Below are positions 40,203-49,647 of a DNA stretch of 64,000 nucleotides, in pieces (within the stretch, counting starts at the first letter, position 1; each line of letters starts with the position of its first letter). This DNA is from an uncultured virus (IMG/VR IMGVR_UViG_3300046387_001330) (Duplodnaviria; Heunggongvirae; Uroviricota; Caudoviricetes): the IMG/VR virus record IMGVR_UViG_3300046387_001330; one strand, given 5' to 3'. The notes below the pieces were generated by a model, which was not told the origin of the DNA, ran no database searches, and saw only the letters and a program-made list of their open reading frames with translations. The translations under genes were made by a program, and so were the position numbers.

Positions 40203-40763
40203 ATGAATATTCCAATGATAATAGGTTTGACGGGTCTTGCTCGTTGTGGAAAAGATACATTCTGCAAATATGCGAGACAACATTTAGATACTTTAAATTA
40301 TACTTCACAACGACTTGCGTTTGCGGACGAACTTAAAAAGGATGTAGACGCATTTTTAATTGAGAAACTAGGTATATCGGCATTTACAGAGGTAACCGCA
40401 GAAAAAGAAATTATTCGTCCTATGCTAACAACGTGGGGAACTGAAATAATGCGTAAAAAAGATGATTTGCACTGGGTCAAAAAGGTTGAAGAGGTAATCG
40501 TTGAAAATCAAAAAAATAATGTTGTAAGCATTGTTACTGATTTAAGATTTCCAAATGAAATTGATTATATTCATAAAATCGGAGGAAAGGTAGTTCATTT
40601 AACAATGACGGGTAATAAACCAGCAAATGATTATGAAAAGAAAAACGATCCTTTGTTAAGAGATAATTCGGATTGCTTTGTTGTTTGGAAAAAATATGGG
40701 GATGATGCTTTACAGAAGTGTCTAAAGCACGTTAGAACTGCGTTAGAAGAATTATCCGAGTAA
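40203..40763 (+). CDS. Phage-type deoxynucleoside monophosphate kinase
   Basis: IIGLTGLARCGKDT P-loop, AFADELK, WGTE..R, VTDLRFPNE. Confidence 0.85.
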   Translation: MNIPMIIGLTGLARCGKDTFCKYARQHLDTLNYTSQRLAFADELKKDVDAFLIEKLGISAFTEVTAEKEIIRPMLTTWGTEIMRKKDDLHWVKKVEEVIVENQKNNVVSIVTDLRFPNEIDYIHKIGGKVVHLTMTGNKPANDYEKKNDPLLRDNSDCFVVWKKYGDDALQKCLKHVRTALEELSE

Positions 40764-40800
40764 TTATTATAATTTCATACAAATATAATATTTATGTTAT

Positions 40801-41565
40801 ATGAAGTATAATCCAAAGAAACGAAAAAGCACCAAAGAGGCACACGAAAATTCAACATTTCTAAATTCACGTGAAGCACGATGGTTGAGAGTTCTTGCGG
40901 AATTAATGGAGACGGAAACCCGAATGAAAAAAATGGGAGTTCGTAATACAATCGTATTCCAAGGAAGTGCAAGAATTAACGAAGAAGACGAAAAATTTAA
41001 GAAGAATGGATATGACCGATATTACACAGATGCTTATGAATTAAGCAAGCAACTCACAAAATGGTCTGAAGATACATTTTCAGAACGTGAAACAAAATTT
41101 TATATCAGCAGTGGTGCTGGTCCTGGAATCATGGAAGCAGCCAACAAAGGAGCACATGATGCAGGAGGACAATCAGTTGGTCTTGGTATCAAGTTACCTT
41201 TTGAACAAACCAACAATGAGTATGTAACTCCTGAATTAGATTTTGTGTATCATTATTTCTTTACAAGAAAATATTGGTTTATGTATCAAGCAAAAGCATT
41301 GGTAATTTTTCCCGGTGGATTCGGAACAATGGATGAATTATTTGAAGCACTTACTTTGATTCAATGTCAGAAAGTTAAAAAACCAGTTCCAACTGTTTTA
41401 TACGGAAAAGATTTTTGGGAAAATGTAATCGGATGGGATAAGTTTATAGAAGCAGGTACAATAAGCAAAAAGGATTTGAATTTATTTAAAATTGTAGATG
41501 ATGTAGATACTGCTAAAACTTTTTTGATTGACGAAATAACTAAATATTATAAGTTACATTTTTAA
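40801..41565 (+). CDS. LOG-family (TIGR00730-like) nucleotide phosphoribohydrolase
   Basis: GSAR, SGAGPGIMEAANKGA, LPFEQ..N, YFFTRK, FPGGFGTMDELFE. Confidence 0.92.
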   Translation: MKYNPKKRKSTKEAHENSTFLNSREARWLRVLAELMETETRMKKMGVRNTIVFQGSARINEEDEKFKKNGYDRYYTDAYELSKQLTKWSEDTFSERETKFYISSGAGPGIMEAANKGAHDAGGQSVGLGIKLPFEQTNNEYVTPELDFVYHYFFTRKYWFMYQAKALVIFPGGFGTMDELFEALTLIQCQKVKKPVPTVLYGKDFWENVIGWDKFIEAGTISKKDLNLFKIVDDVDTAKTFLIDEITKYYKLHF

Positions 41566-42233
41566 TGAGACTTTCTTGGAAGAATAGTTTTGTGTATATT
41601 TCAATTCACAAAACGGCAAGTGAAACAGTGCGTTCATTGCTTGATCCATATTCAGATATTAAGTCATGTGGTGAACGCAAAACAATTTGTTACCATCATA
41701 TTCCTGCAAAAAAAATGAAGTATTATTTTGACGAACGATACTATAAAGCAAATCAAAAAAAATGGGAATGGGATAAGTGGTTTAAGTTTACTACTGTAAG
41801 AAATCCTTGGGCAAGAAAGTTGTCTACATTTTCATATATCAAAAAACGTGCGGAAGAATTTAAAGTGGTAGATATGGGTTACGACAACTGGTTTCGTGAA
41901 AAGGCACTTAAAATCGATTCGGAATGTGGAAATTTTAAAGAATATCTTAAAAAATATTGCAACCCAAGTAAAACACGAAATCGTCAATTAGATTGGATAC
42001 TTGATAACGATGGAAATAATATGTTAGATTTTGTTGGTAAAGTTGAGAACCTAGAGAATGATTTAAAATATGCTTTTAAACAAATTGGATTACCTGAACC
42101 AAAAATTGTTCACAATAATAAAAGTGATCATGCTCCTTACACAGATGCGTACAACGAACAATGGATGATTGATGTCGTGCGTGAAAGATACATTGACGAC
42201 ATAAATTATTTTAATTATGAGTTTGGGAATTAA
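41565..42233 (+). CDS. Sulfotransferase, Sulfotransfer_2 family
   Basis: ISIHKTASET, VRNPWARKLS, GKVENL, YTDAY. Confidence 0.85.
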   Translation: MRLSWKNSFVYISIHKTASETVRSLLDPYSDIKSCGERKTICYHHIPAKKMKYYFDERYYKANQKKWEWDKWFKFTTVRNPWARKLSTFSYIKKRAEEFKVVDMGYDNWFREKALKIDSECGNFKEYLKKYCNPSKTRNRQLDWILDNDGNNMLDFVGKVENLENDLKYAFKQIGLPEPKIVHNNKSDHAPYTDAYNEQWMIDVVRERYIDDINYFNYEFGN

Positions 42234-42242
42234 TTTAGTTTC

Positions 42243-42275
42243 TTGACTAAATAATCTATTTTGCTTATTATTTAT
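42243..42275 (+). promoter_or_regulatory. Sigma70-like promoter (TTGACT-17-TATTAT) overlapping a TATTTAT motif, upstream of metK
   Basis: -35 at 42243-42248, 17-nt spacer, -10 at 42266-42271. The GTG start is 8 nt further on, so the mRNA would be near-leaderless. Confidence 0.5.
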
Positions 42276-42279
42276 CTTA

Positions 42280-43440
42280 GTGAAAAATAAGAAGTTATTT
42301 ACATCCGAAAGTGTTTCAAGTGGACATCCTGATAAAGTATGTGATCAAATAAGTGATGCAGTTCTTGATGCTTTTTTAAAGCAAGACCCAACCGCAAGAG
42401 TTGCTTGTGAAACATTCGCAACAACTGGATTAGTAGTAATCGGTGGAGAAATTACTGCGGAAGGTTGGGTTAATTTTCAAGACATAGCACGTGAAGTATT
42501 ATCAGACATAGGATACACCGACGAAAAATATGGAATAAGTGCAAAAGGATGTTCGGTATTATTTACCATTGACCGACAAAGTGCAGATATTGCTTTGGGT
42601 GTTAACGAGGGAGAAGGAGAGCATAAAGAAGCAGGAGCAGGTGACCAAGGACTTATGTTTGGATATGCTTGCAATGAAACACCTGAACTTATGCCATTGC
42701 CTATTATGTTGTCGCATCAAATTATTAAGAAGGTAGAAGAAGCACGACATTCCAAGGGCATTCCGTATCTTCGTCCAGATGCCAAAGCACAGGTTACGGT
42801 GGAATACGATGAAAACGATAAACCAATTCGTGTAGATACAATTGTGTTATCAACTCAGCATGACGAAGATGTTACTCAAGAAACAATCAAAAAAGATATT
42901 GAAGCACTTATTCGTGAAGTTGTGGACGAAAAGTATTTAATAGACACGAAGTTTCATATCAATCCAACTGGTCAATTCATTATTGGTGGACCACACGGAG
43001 ATACAGGTCTTACTGGTCGTAAAATCATCGTTGATACTTACGGAGGAATGGCACGACACGGAGGTGGAGCATTTAGTGGCAAAGACCCAACAAAAGTAGA
43101 TAGAAGTGCGGCTTATATGGCACGGCACATTGCTAAAACAATTGTAGCAAGTGGAATAGCAGAAAAATGCGAAGTTCAACTTGCTTATGCTATTGGAGTT
43201 GCAGAACCTGTAAGTATTCGTGTTGATACATTCGGAACAAGCACCGTTAATGAAACGGATATTGAAAATGCAGTAACTCAGAATTTCAAATTAACTCCAA
43301 ACGGAATCATTGAATTTCTTGGATTGCGTAATCCAATTTATCGCAAAACTTCTTATCACGGACATTTTGGAAGAAACGATGTTTCGTGGGAAATGGTTGA
43401 TGAAACAAAGAAACAAATTTTTTCTAAGTTAAGTTTGTAA
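42280..43440 (+). CDS. metK: S-adenosylmethionine synthetase
   Basis: [62 protein letters not shown]. Confidence 0.97.
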   Translation: MKNKKLFTSESVSSGHPDKVCDQISDAVLDAFLKQDPTARVACETFATTGLVVIGGEITAEGWVNFQDIAREVLSDIGYTDEKYGISAKGCSVLFTIDRQSADIALGVNEGEGEHKEAGAGDQGLMFGYACNETPELMPLPIMLSHQIIKKVEEARHSKGIPYLRPDAKAQVTVEYDENDKPIRVDTIVLSTQHDEDVTQETIKKDIEALIREVVDEKYLIDTKFHINPTGQFIIGGPHGDTGLTGRKIIVDTYGGMARHGGGAFSGKDPTKVDRSAAYMARHIAKTIVASGIAEKCEVQLAYAIGVAEPVSIRVDTFGTSTVNETDIENAVTQNFKLTPNGIIEFLGLRNPIYRKTSYHGHFGRNDVSWEMVDETKKQIFSKLSL

Positions 43441-44060
43441 TGAGAATTTCTCACAAACATAAGTTTATATTTATTGCGATTCCTAAGACAGGAAGCACGG
43501 TAATTAGAAATCATCTTGATTCTTATTCGGATGTAAACGGAAATTCAAATAATACATCTCCTTTTTATCATCATGTTAAGGCAGACACTTTAAAATCCTA
43601 TTTCGTTGAAAATAAATTAGATTGGTCTTCATACTTTAAATTTTCTTTTTTAAGAAATCCTTATGCTCGTTTAGTTTCTCAATATTATTATTGGTTAACA
43701 GTTGCAGACGGAGATATGGGGAATCACAATAAACAATTCTACGAAAATTGTAAACTTGTTAAAAAAAATACTAGAAACTTTAATGATTTTGTTTTAAATC
43801 CAGAATTTGAAGGAATGCATGAACATCCACAAATTTCATGGCTTACTGATGATATGAATTTTGTTGGAAAACTTGAGAACTTGCAAATAGACTTTAATAA
43901 AGTATGCAATGAAATTGGAATACCTAAAAAGATTTTACAGAAAACAAACAAAACAGACCATGCCCATTATACAGATTATTACACGGATTCTACTATATCA
44001 TATGTAAAGAAAAAATATGCGGATGAAATAAATAAATTTAATTATAGTTTTGGAGAATAA
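43440..44060 (+). CDS. Sulfotransferase, Sulfotransfer_2 family
   Basis: FIAIPKTGST, LRNPYARLVS, GKLENL, HYTDYY. Confidence 0.9.
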   Translation: MRISHKHKFIFIAIPKTGSTVIRNHLDSYSDVNGNSNNTSPFYHHVKADTLKSYFVENKLDWSSYFKFSFLRNPYARLVSQYYYWLTVADGDMGNHNKQFYENCKLVKKNTRNFNDFVLNPEFEGMHEHPQISWLTDDMNFVGKLENLQIDFNKVCNEIGIPKKILQKTNKTDHAHYTDYYTDSTISYVKKKYADEINKFNYSFGE

Positions 44061-44063
44061 ATT

Positions 44064-44510
44064 ATGTCAGACGAAAAAGAAAAAATATTATTATACGATG
44101 CAATCGATTCAAGCATCTTAAAAAGCATTCCAAATCCAAGCAAAGAACCTTATGAAATCAAAGTCAAGGTTCCTGAGTTTACATTTCTCGGAGTGAACGA
44201 ACAACCTGATTTTGGTGTGCTTTATATTACCTTTTACCCGACCAAGAAAATCATGGAACTTAAAAGTTTAAAGCAATATACATATCAGTTGCGTAACATT
44301 GTTGTATCGTATGAACGACTTATTAATGTTGTATACGATCAACTTATGGAAGTTTATGAACCTGATCGTTTGCGTTTAGTTTTAAAAAGCAATCCAAGAG
44401 GTGGAATCAGTAGTCGTTTGGTTATTGATAGTGATTGGTCAGCAAGAGGTGGTAGTGAAAAATATCGTGATTGGGGATCATCTGATGATTCTTGGGAAGT
44501 GACGATGTAA
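44064..44510 (+). CDS. QueF-like T-fold protein lacking the catalytic cysteine
   Basis: PEFT...QPDF, ELKSLK.Y and PRGGIS match type-I QueF. The expected Cys is Gly43 and the protein has no Cys. Confidence 0.8.
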   Translation: MSDEKEKILLYDAIDSSILKSIPNPSKEPYEIKVKVPEFTFLGVNEQPDFGVLYITFYPTKKIMELKSLKQYTYQLRNIVVSYERLINVVYDQLMEVYEPDRLRLVLKSNPRGGISSRLVIDSDWSARGGSEKYRDWGSSDDSWEVTM

Positions 44511-44547
44511 ATAAAAACATTTTTCTTGCATACTATTTATAATATGT

Positions 44548-45195
44548 ATGCTAATCTCTCATAAAAATAAGTTTGTTTTTATAGCAATAAATAAAACCGG
44601 AACTACATCTATACATGATGCTTTAGGATGTTTGTCTGAAATCAAATCAGTAGGTGATTCACAATCTCCATTTTATTTTCATGCAACCGCAAAAAAAATA
44701 AAAAGTAAATTTAAAAAGAATAATTGGGATTGGGATTCTTACTTTAAATTTTCATTTGTTAGGAACCCGTGGGATCGTATGGTATCTGCATATTTCTATC
44801 GTTTAAAAATGGTAAAGAGGTGGAATATAGCAAAACCCAAGGACAAGCATACTCAAGATGTTTATGAAAGTTTTCAAGTCCAATTACATTCCACTAATAA
44901 TTTTAATGAGTGGTTAAAAAAATATATAGAACATGAGTCGGTTGCATTTCATCAGCATAAGTTTCTTTATGACAACGACGAAAAATTAGTAGATTTTGTT
45001 GGAAAGTTTGAAAATTTGAATAATGATTTTAATCATGCGATGAATAAAATAAAATGTGGACATATTAAATTACCTTTTCTGAATAGATCATCTAGAAAAT
45101 CATACAAAGAATATTATACAGAAGAAACTAAGAAACTGATAAAAAACTATTATAGAGAAGATCTAAAATTATTTGATTATTATTATGATAGTTAA
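44548..45195 (+). CDS. Sulfotransferase, Sulfotransfer_2 family
   Basis: FIAINKTGTTSI, FSFVRNPWDRMVS, GKFENL, YKEYY. Confidence 0.9.
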   Translation: MLISHKNKFVFIAINKTGTTSIHDALGCLSEIKSVGDSQSPFYFHATAKKIKSKFKKNNWDWDSYFKFSFVRNPWDRMVSAYFYRLKMVKRWNIAKPKDKHTQDVYESFQVQLHSTNNFNEWLKKYIEHESVAFHQHKFLYDNDEKLVDFVGKFENLNNDFNHAMNKIKCGHIKLPFLNRSSRKSYKEYYTEETKKLIKNYYREDLKLFDYYYDS

Positions 45196-46102
45196 TTTTG
45201 ACAAATATTTTATTGTTAAACCAGTAAATGGACTTGCAAATAGGTTACGAGTTTTATTATCATACGGAATTATTGCAAATAAACTAAAGATACCTTATTA
45301 TGTACATTGGACACCTTCGGTTGGTTTTGATAATACAAATTTATTTGATATAATAAAATATCCAAATTTTAATTTGGTGACACAGACTGAGTGGGATACA
45401 CTGCGTCCATGTTCGTTTCAGATTGACAAAAAAATAGCAAATACGAGTGAATATAAAGTCTCGGTTAGTAATCAAAAAAAATTATTTGCAAAGTTTTTGT
45501 TAGATAAAAAGTTCCGTAAAATAACAGGTGAACTTTCTAACTTACCTAATTGGTCATTTAATACTGAATTGTTGAAAGTAATACCTGACCACAAAACTTT
45601 ATACAAAGAGCAAATCAAAAAAATAAACGTATCTGATAATATAAAAAATAAATCACATACGACTTTGAAAATGTTTTGCTCAAACACATTAGGTGTTCAT
45701 ATACGACTTGGTGATTCATGTGACGAAAGAAACCCAAAACATAAATTACACAACAAAACTACATTTTCAGAAATTTTAGAAATATGCAAAAACCACTCCG
45801 GTAAGATTTTCATATCAACTGACGACAAAGATAGTTTGAATTTCTTTAAGGAAAATTTAAAAGAAAAAATAATTTATACAAATAAGGAGTTTGTAGATAG
45901 TAGGTATGGATTACAAAAGCAAGGTCAGGTTGATGCAATGATTGATTTATATTTGTTATCAAAAACTAAATTAATGCTTCCTACAAGTCCAAGTTCGTTT
46001 GGAAAATTTGCTTCTGATCTTGGGGGTGATTTGTATAATGAGTTTTTAAGTAAAAAAAATTATTATAATTTTCATAAATATCAAGATATAATAAAATGGT
46101 AG
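45185..46102 (+). CDS. Fucosyltransferase-fold (GT23/O-FucT-like) protein
   Basis: NGLANRLR, GVHIRLGD, FISTD, IDLYLLS, SSFG. Start ATG 45185. Confidence 0.72.
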   Translation: MIVNFDKYFIVKPVNGLANRLRVLLSYGIIANKLKIPYYVHWTPSVGFDNTNLFDIIKYPNFNLVTQTEWDTLRPCSFQIDKKIANTSEYKVSVSNQKKLFAKFLLDKKFRKITGELSNLPNWSFNTELLKVIPDHKTLYKEQIKKINVSDNIKNKSHTTLKMFCSNTLGVHIRLGDSCDERNPKHKLHNKTTFSEILEICKNHSGKIFISTDDKDSLNFFKENLKEKIIYTNKEFVDSRYGLQKQGQVDAMIDLYLLSKTKLMLPTSPSSFGKFASDLGGDLYNEFLSKKNYYNFHKYQDIIKW

Positions 46103-46117
46103 TTGAATATTTATAAT

Positions 46118-47815
46118 ATGATGAACTTTCAGGATAAAAAATTTTTAGCAATATCACCTGTGAATGGTCTTGGAAATCGCCTTCGTGCATTGTGTTCATA
46201 TAAAGTTCTTGCTGATTTTTTGAAGTTACCTTTGTACATATATTGGCACAAAACAAAAGGATTTGATGATACAAAACTGAAAGAACTCATTGATGTAGAA
46301 AATTTAAATGCTAAATTTTTAAATCAACATGAGTGGAAAGAAATTCGTAAAAATTCTCGTCATATTGATTGCTTAGTGTCTGGTGTTTACGAAAGAGATA
46401 TAACAACCGCAGATTCTTCGGTAGATTATTCTGGAGATAAATCAGAAATCATTTCTAAAATTATGTCAGGTGACTTTTCAAGACTAAGTGTGCAAACAAG
46501 TAATAATTTTATAATCTCCTTTTTTCAAGATTCTCCAAACGAGGAGTATACAAAATACAAATATGATTTTTGGAAAACATATGCAGAAGTCGTGCGTAGT
46601 TTAGTATTAAGTAATGAAATTGTTAATCTTGCAAAAAAAACATTATCTTCTTTTAATGAAAACACAATAGGAATTCATGTTCGGAGAGGAGATGCCACTA
46701 GCCGTGATAACCCAAATTGTTATAATTACGGAATTCATCCAAAGTATATTGATAAAGAAGTGGGTAAGTTAATTAGAAAAGATTCAACACTAAAATTATT
46801 TCTAGCAACTGATTCTGAAGAGGTGTGCGAGAAATTAAAATCAAAATACAAAGATAAAATAATTACATATGATAAAACTTTCGTAGAAAGTGAATTCAAT
46901 TCAGAAAAATCTGGTCAAATAGATGCAATGGTTGAGATGTATTTGTTGTCTAAAACTAAAAAACTTTATGCTACACAATGGAGTACTTTTTCTGAATTTG
47001 CAAAAACTATGGGGAATGTAGAAACTGATACTATTAGGTGTTCGTTGGGTAATACCAAGTCACTTAGAAGTCTTCCTAAAAGAGAGGGTGTAAGTATTAT
47101 TTCTTGTTGTATGAATAGAAATGATAATTTATTAAAATCTTTAGAATCTTGGATAAATGTACCAGAGGTTGATGAAATAATAATTGTAGATTGGGGTTCT
47201 AGAATTCCTGTGTGGCAACTAATTCCAAAAAATACAAATGGAAAAAAAATTAAACTTGTATCTACACCAGATGAAAAGACATGGATTTTAAGTCATGCTT
47301 TTAATTTGGCTGCTTCCTTTGTAACTAAAAAAAATATATTAAAATTAGATGCAGATATTATATTATCAAGTGAATTTTTCAAAAATTATTATTTAACTGG
47401 TAATAATTTTTATCATGGTACATGGACAACTGCTAAAAATACAAACGATGAAAGTTTGAATGGTCAATTGTACTGTAAGACAAAAGACTTTTGGGAAGTA
47501 AAAGGATATCATGAAGGCATTACAACATATGGATGGGATGATGATGATTTATACGAAAGAATCAAGAACCTTGGTAGAGATGAAAACTTTTTAAGTTCTG
47601 AATTTGTAAAACATTTATATACACCCGATACCAAACGACTTGAATCTCAACCTGAGTTTAAAGGCAAAACTGCAAATTTAGATTTACTTCGTGAATCAAC
47701 CGAGAAAAACCGAGTGTGGTGTTTGGATAATCCGTGGGGAAGTGAAAGCAAGAATGTAAACTGGAAGGTAGAGTTGATTGATTCTTATGTCTATGTATGT
47801 AGAAGATTTTGGTAG
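46118..47815 (+). CDS. Fusion of a fucosyltransferase-fold domain and a GT2/GT7-like domain
   Basis: N-terminal NGLGNRLR, GIHVRRGD, FLATD, STFS. C-terminal CMNR, IVDWGS, KLDAD, GYHE..YGWDDDD. Confidence 0.78.
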   Translation: MMNFQDKKFLAISPVNGLGNRLRALCSYKVLADFLKLPLYIYWHKTKGFDDTKLKELIDVENLNAKFLNQHEWKEIRKNSRHIDCLVSGVYERDITTADSSVDYSGDKSEIISKIMSGDFSRLSVQTSNNFIISFFQDSPNEEYTKYKYDFWKTYAEVVRSLVLSNEIVNLAKKTLSSFNENTIGIHVRRGDATSRDNPNCYNYGIHPKYIDKEVGKLIRKDSTLKLFLATDSEEVCEKLKSKYKDKIITYDKTFVESEFNSEKSGQIDAMVEMYLLSKTKKLYATQWSTFSEFAKTMGNVETDTIRCSLGNTKSLRSLPKREGVSIISCCMNRNDNLLKSLESWINVPEVDEIIIVDWGSRIPVWQLIPKNTNGKKIKLVSTPDEKTWILSHAFNLAASFVTKKNILKLDADIILSSEFFKNYYLTGNNFYHGTWTTAKNTNDESLNGQLYCKTKDFWEVKGYHEGITTYGWDDDDLYERIKNLGRDENFLSSEFVKHLYTPDTKRLESQPEFKGKTANLDLLRESTEKNRVWCLDNPWGSESKNVNWKVELIDSYVYVCRRFW

Positions 47816-47834
47816 ATTTTGATATTTATATTTG

Positions 47835-49646
47835 ATGGAGGGAGATACACCGATTGTTTCAATAATTACATCGTTATACGATGGTGACAAATATATCTAT
47901 AATTTTTTAAAAAATATAACAAGTCAGAGTATATTTCAGAAGTGTGAATTGATAATAATAGATGCAAACTCACCTGGAACTGAATCAAAAGTAATTCAAT
48001 CATTTCAAAAGGACTATGATAATATTTTTTATGATAGGTTAGAAAGTGATCCTGGAATATATGGTGCGTGGAATATTGCTATCAAGAAATCACGTGGAAA
48101 GTATATAACAAATGCAAATTTAGATGATTTAAGATTAAATAATCACATTGAAAAATGCATCGAAGTCCTTGAAAAAAATAATCAAATTGATTTAGTATCA
48201 ACTGGAGTCTATGTTGTAGATGAAAATAGTAATTTTGATTTTAACAAATTGGAAAAATACGAGACTTGGTTTACTGGTAATAGTGTGCCAACTTATTACA
48301 ACTTAAATGATATGTTAATATTTAAGGATAAATTTTGGGAATCTCGCAACCCACCACACAATGCTCCTGTTTGGAGAAAAAATTTGCATTCAAGGTTTGG
48401 TTTTTTTAATGAAGGAAAATTTAAATACGCAGCCGATTTTGAATTTTGGTTAAGATGTTTAAATGGAGAATCAATTGCGATGCATTTAAATATTCCTCTT
48501 GCGGTTTATCGTGTTGTGAAAAATTCACATAATAGAAGAAACCGATATAATCATAACGAACTGATGGAAAAACTTGTTAGGATATATAAACCGACACATT
48601 TGGTGAATAATATATTTAGTTTAGAAAATCAAGTAAATGTAAGTTATGGCAAACATAGAAGTGGTTGGAGTTATGTTATAGATAATCTGGCAAAACTTGG
48701 TAATAATGAAAAAGGACTTGTTTTTTCGTCATTCATAGAAAGAGATTTCGGTTGGGGGTTTTCTGGTCAAACTTGTCAAAACATGATAAGAAGAGGGTGG
48801 GTGGGTATTGCCCATGCACCACATAATTATCCTGAGTTTATTGGGGAAATAGTTAATCAATATCCTGAATATTATGTAAAGAAGTATAAATTTAAAAGTC
48901 TTTGGAAAAGATGTCGTGGTTTATTCACATTATCAGAATATGTTGCCAATGAGTGGAGACGATTACTTCCTAATGTCAAAATTGAGGTTCTTACCCATCC
49001 AACGGAAGTAGTTACAAACAAATTTACATTTACTAAATATCAACAAAACAATGATAAACAAATTTTACAAATTGGTTATTGGCTTAGAAAATTGGGTTCA
49101 ATAATGAAAGCAGAAACCAATGGTATTAAAAAAACAATAATATCGCCTGAAATTTCTTATTTTATACCTCATATTTCAAAAATAGTAGAATCTTGCATTA
49201 GAAATGAATTAGATGAACCAAATTTTAAATTTACATATGGGCAGAAAAACTTTGGTAATAACAAACTTAAATTTGAAAAACTTTGTGATAAGTATAATGT
49301 CAACTTAATAGAAAAAGTATCAAATGAAAAATATGATAATTTGTTATCTGAGAATATTGTATTATTTGATTTTTATGACATATCTGCAAGTAATTTATTA
49401 GTAGAGTGTATTGTTAGAAACACTCCAATGATAATCAAAAGACATCCTGCGGTAATTGAGTATATCGGTGAAGAGTACCCTTTATATTTTGAAAATTTAT
49501 CAGATGTATCTGCAATGATAACTTCCGAAAAAATAAAAAGTGCTTATGGGTACTTATGTGAACTTGATAAAAGTAGGTATACGATAAATAAATTTTTGAG
49601 AGATTTCATGGACAGTGAAATTGTTAAAAAAATTAGAGATAATTGA
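47835..49646 (+). CDS. GT2-family glycosyltransferase with additional C-terminal domain
   Basis: IIDANSP, GIYGAWN, NANLDD, ADFEFWLR. C-terminal HRSGW...TLSEY...IGYWLR...YIGEEYPLY. Confidence 0.75.
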   Translation: MEGDTPIVSIITSLYDGDKYIYNFLKNITSQSIFQKCELIIIDANSPGTESKVIQSFQKDYDNIFYDRLESDPGIYGAWNIAIKKSRGKYITNANLDDLRLNNHIEKCIEVLEKNNQIDLVSTGVYVVDENSNFDFNKLEKYETWFTGNSVPTYYNLNDMLIFKDKFWESRNPPHNAPVWRKNLHSRFGFFNEGKFKYAADFEFWLRCLNGESIAMHLNIPLAVYRVVKNSHNRRNRYNHNELMEKLVRIYKPTHLVNNIFSLENQVNVSYGKHRSGWSYVIDNLAKLGNNEKGLVFSSFIERDFGWGFSGQTCQNMIRRGWVGIAHAPHNYPEFIGEIVNQYPEYYVKKYKFKSLWKRCRGLFTLSEYVANEWRRLLPNVKIEVLTHPTEVVTNKFTFTKYQQNNDKQILQIGYWLRKLGSIMKAETNGIKKTIISPEISYFIPHISKIVESCIRNELDEPNFKFTYGQKNFGNNKLKFEKLCDKYNVNLIEKVSNEKYDNLLSENIVLFDFYDISASNLLVECIVRNTPMIIKRHPAVIEYIGEEYPLYFENLSDVSAMITSEKIKSAYGYLCELDKSRYTINKFLRDFMDSEIVKKIRDN

Positions 49647-49647
49647 G

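Noticed and set aside
45185..47815. TAG readthrough or alternative genetic code, since the TAG at 46100-46102 is in frame with the next ORF
   Set aside because: TAGs at 4104 and 47815 end proteins at sensible positions and are out of frame with the next gene. A TATTTAT motif and ATG at 46118 give an independent start, and genes are full length in the standard code.
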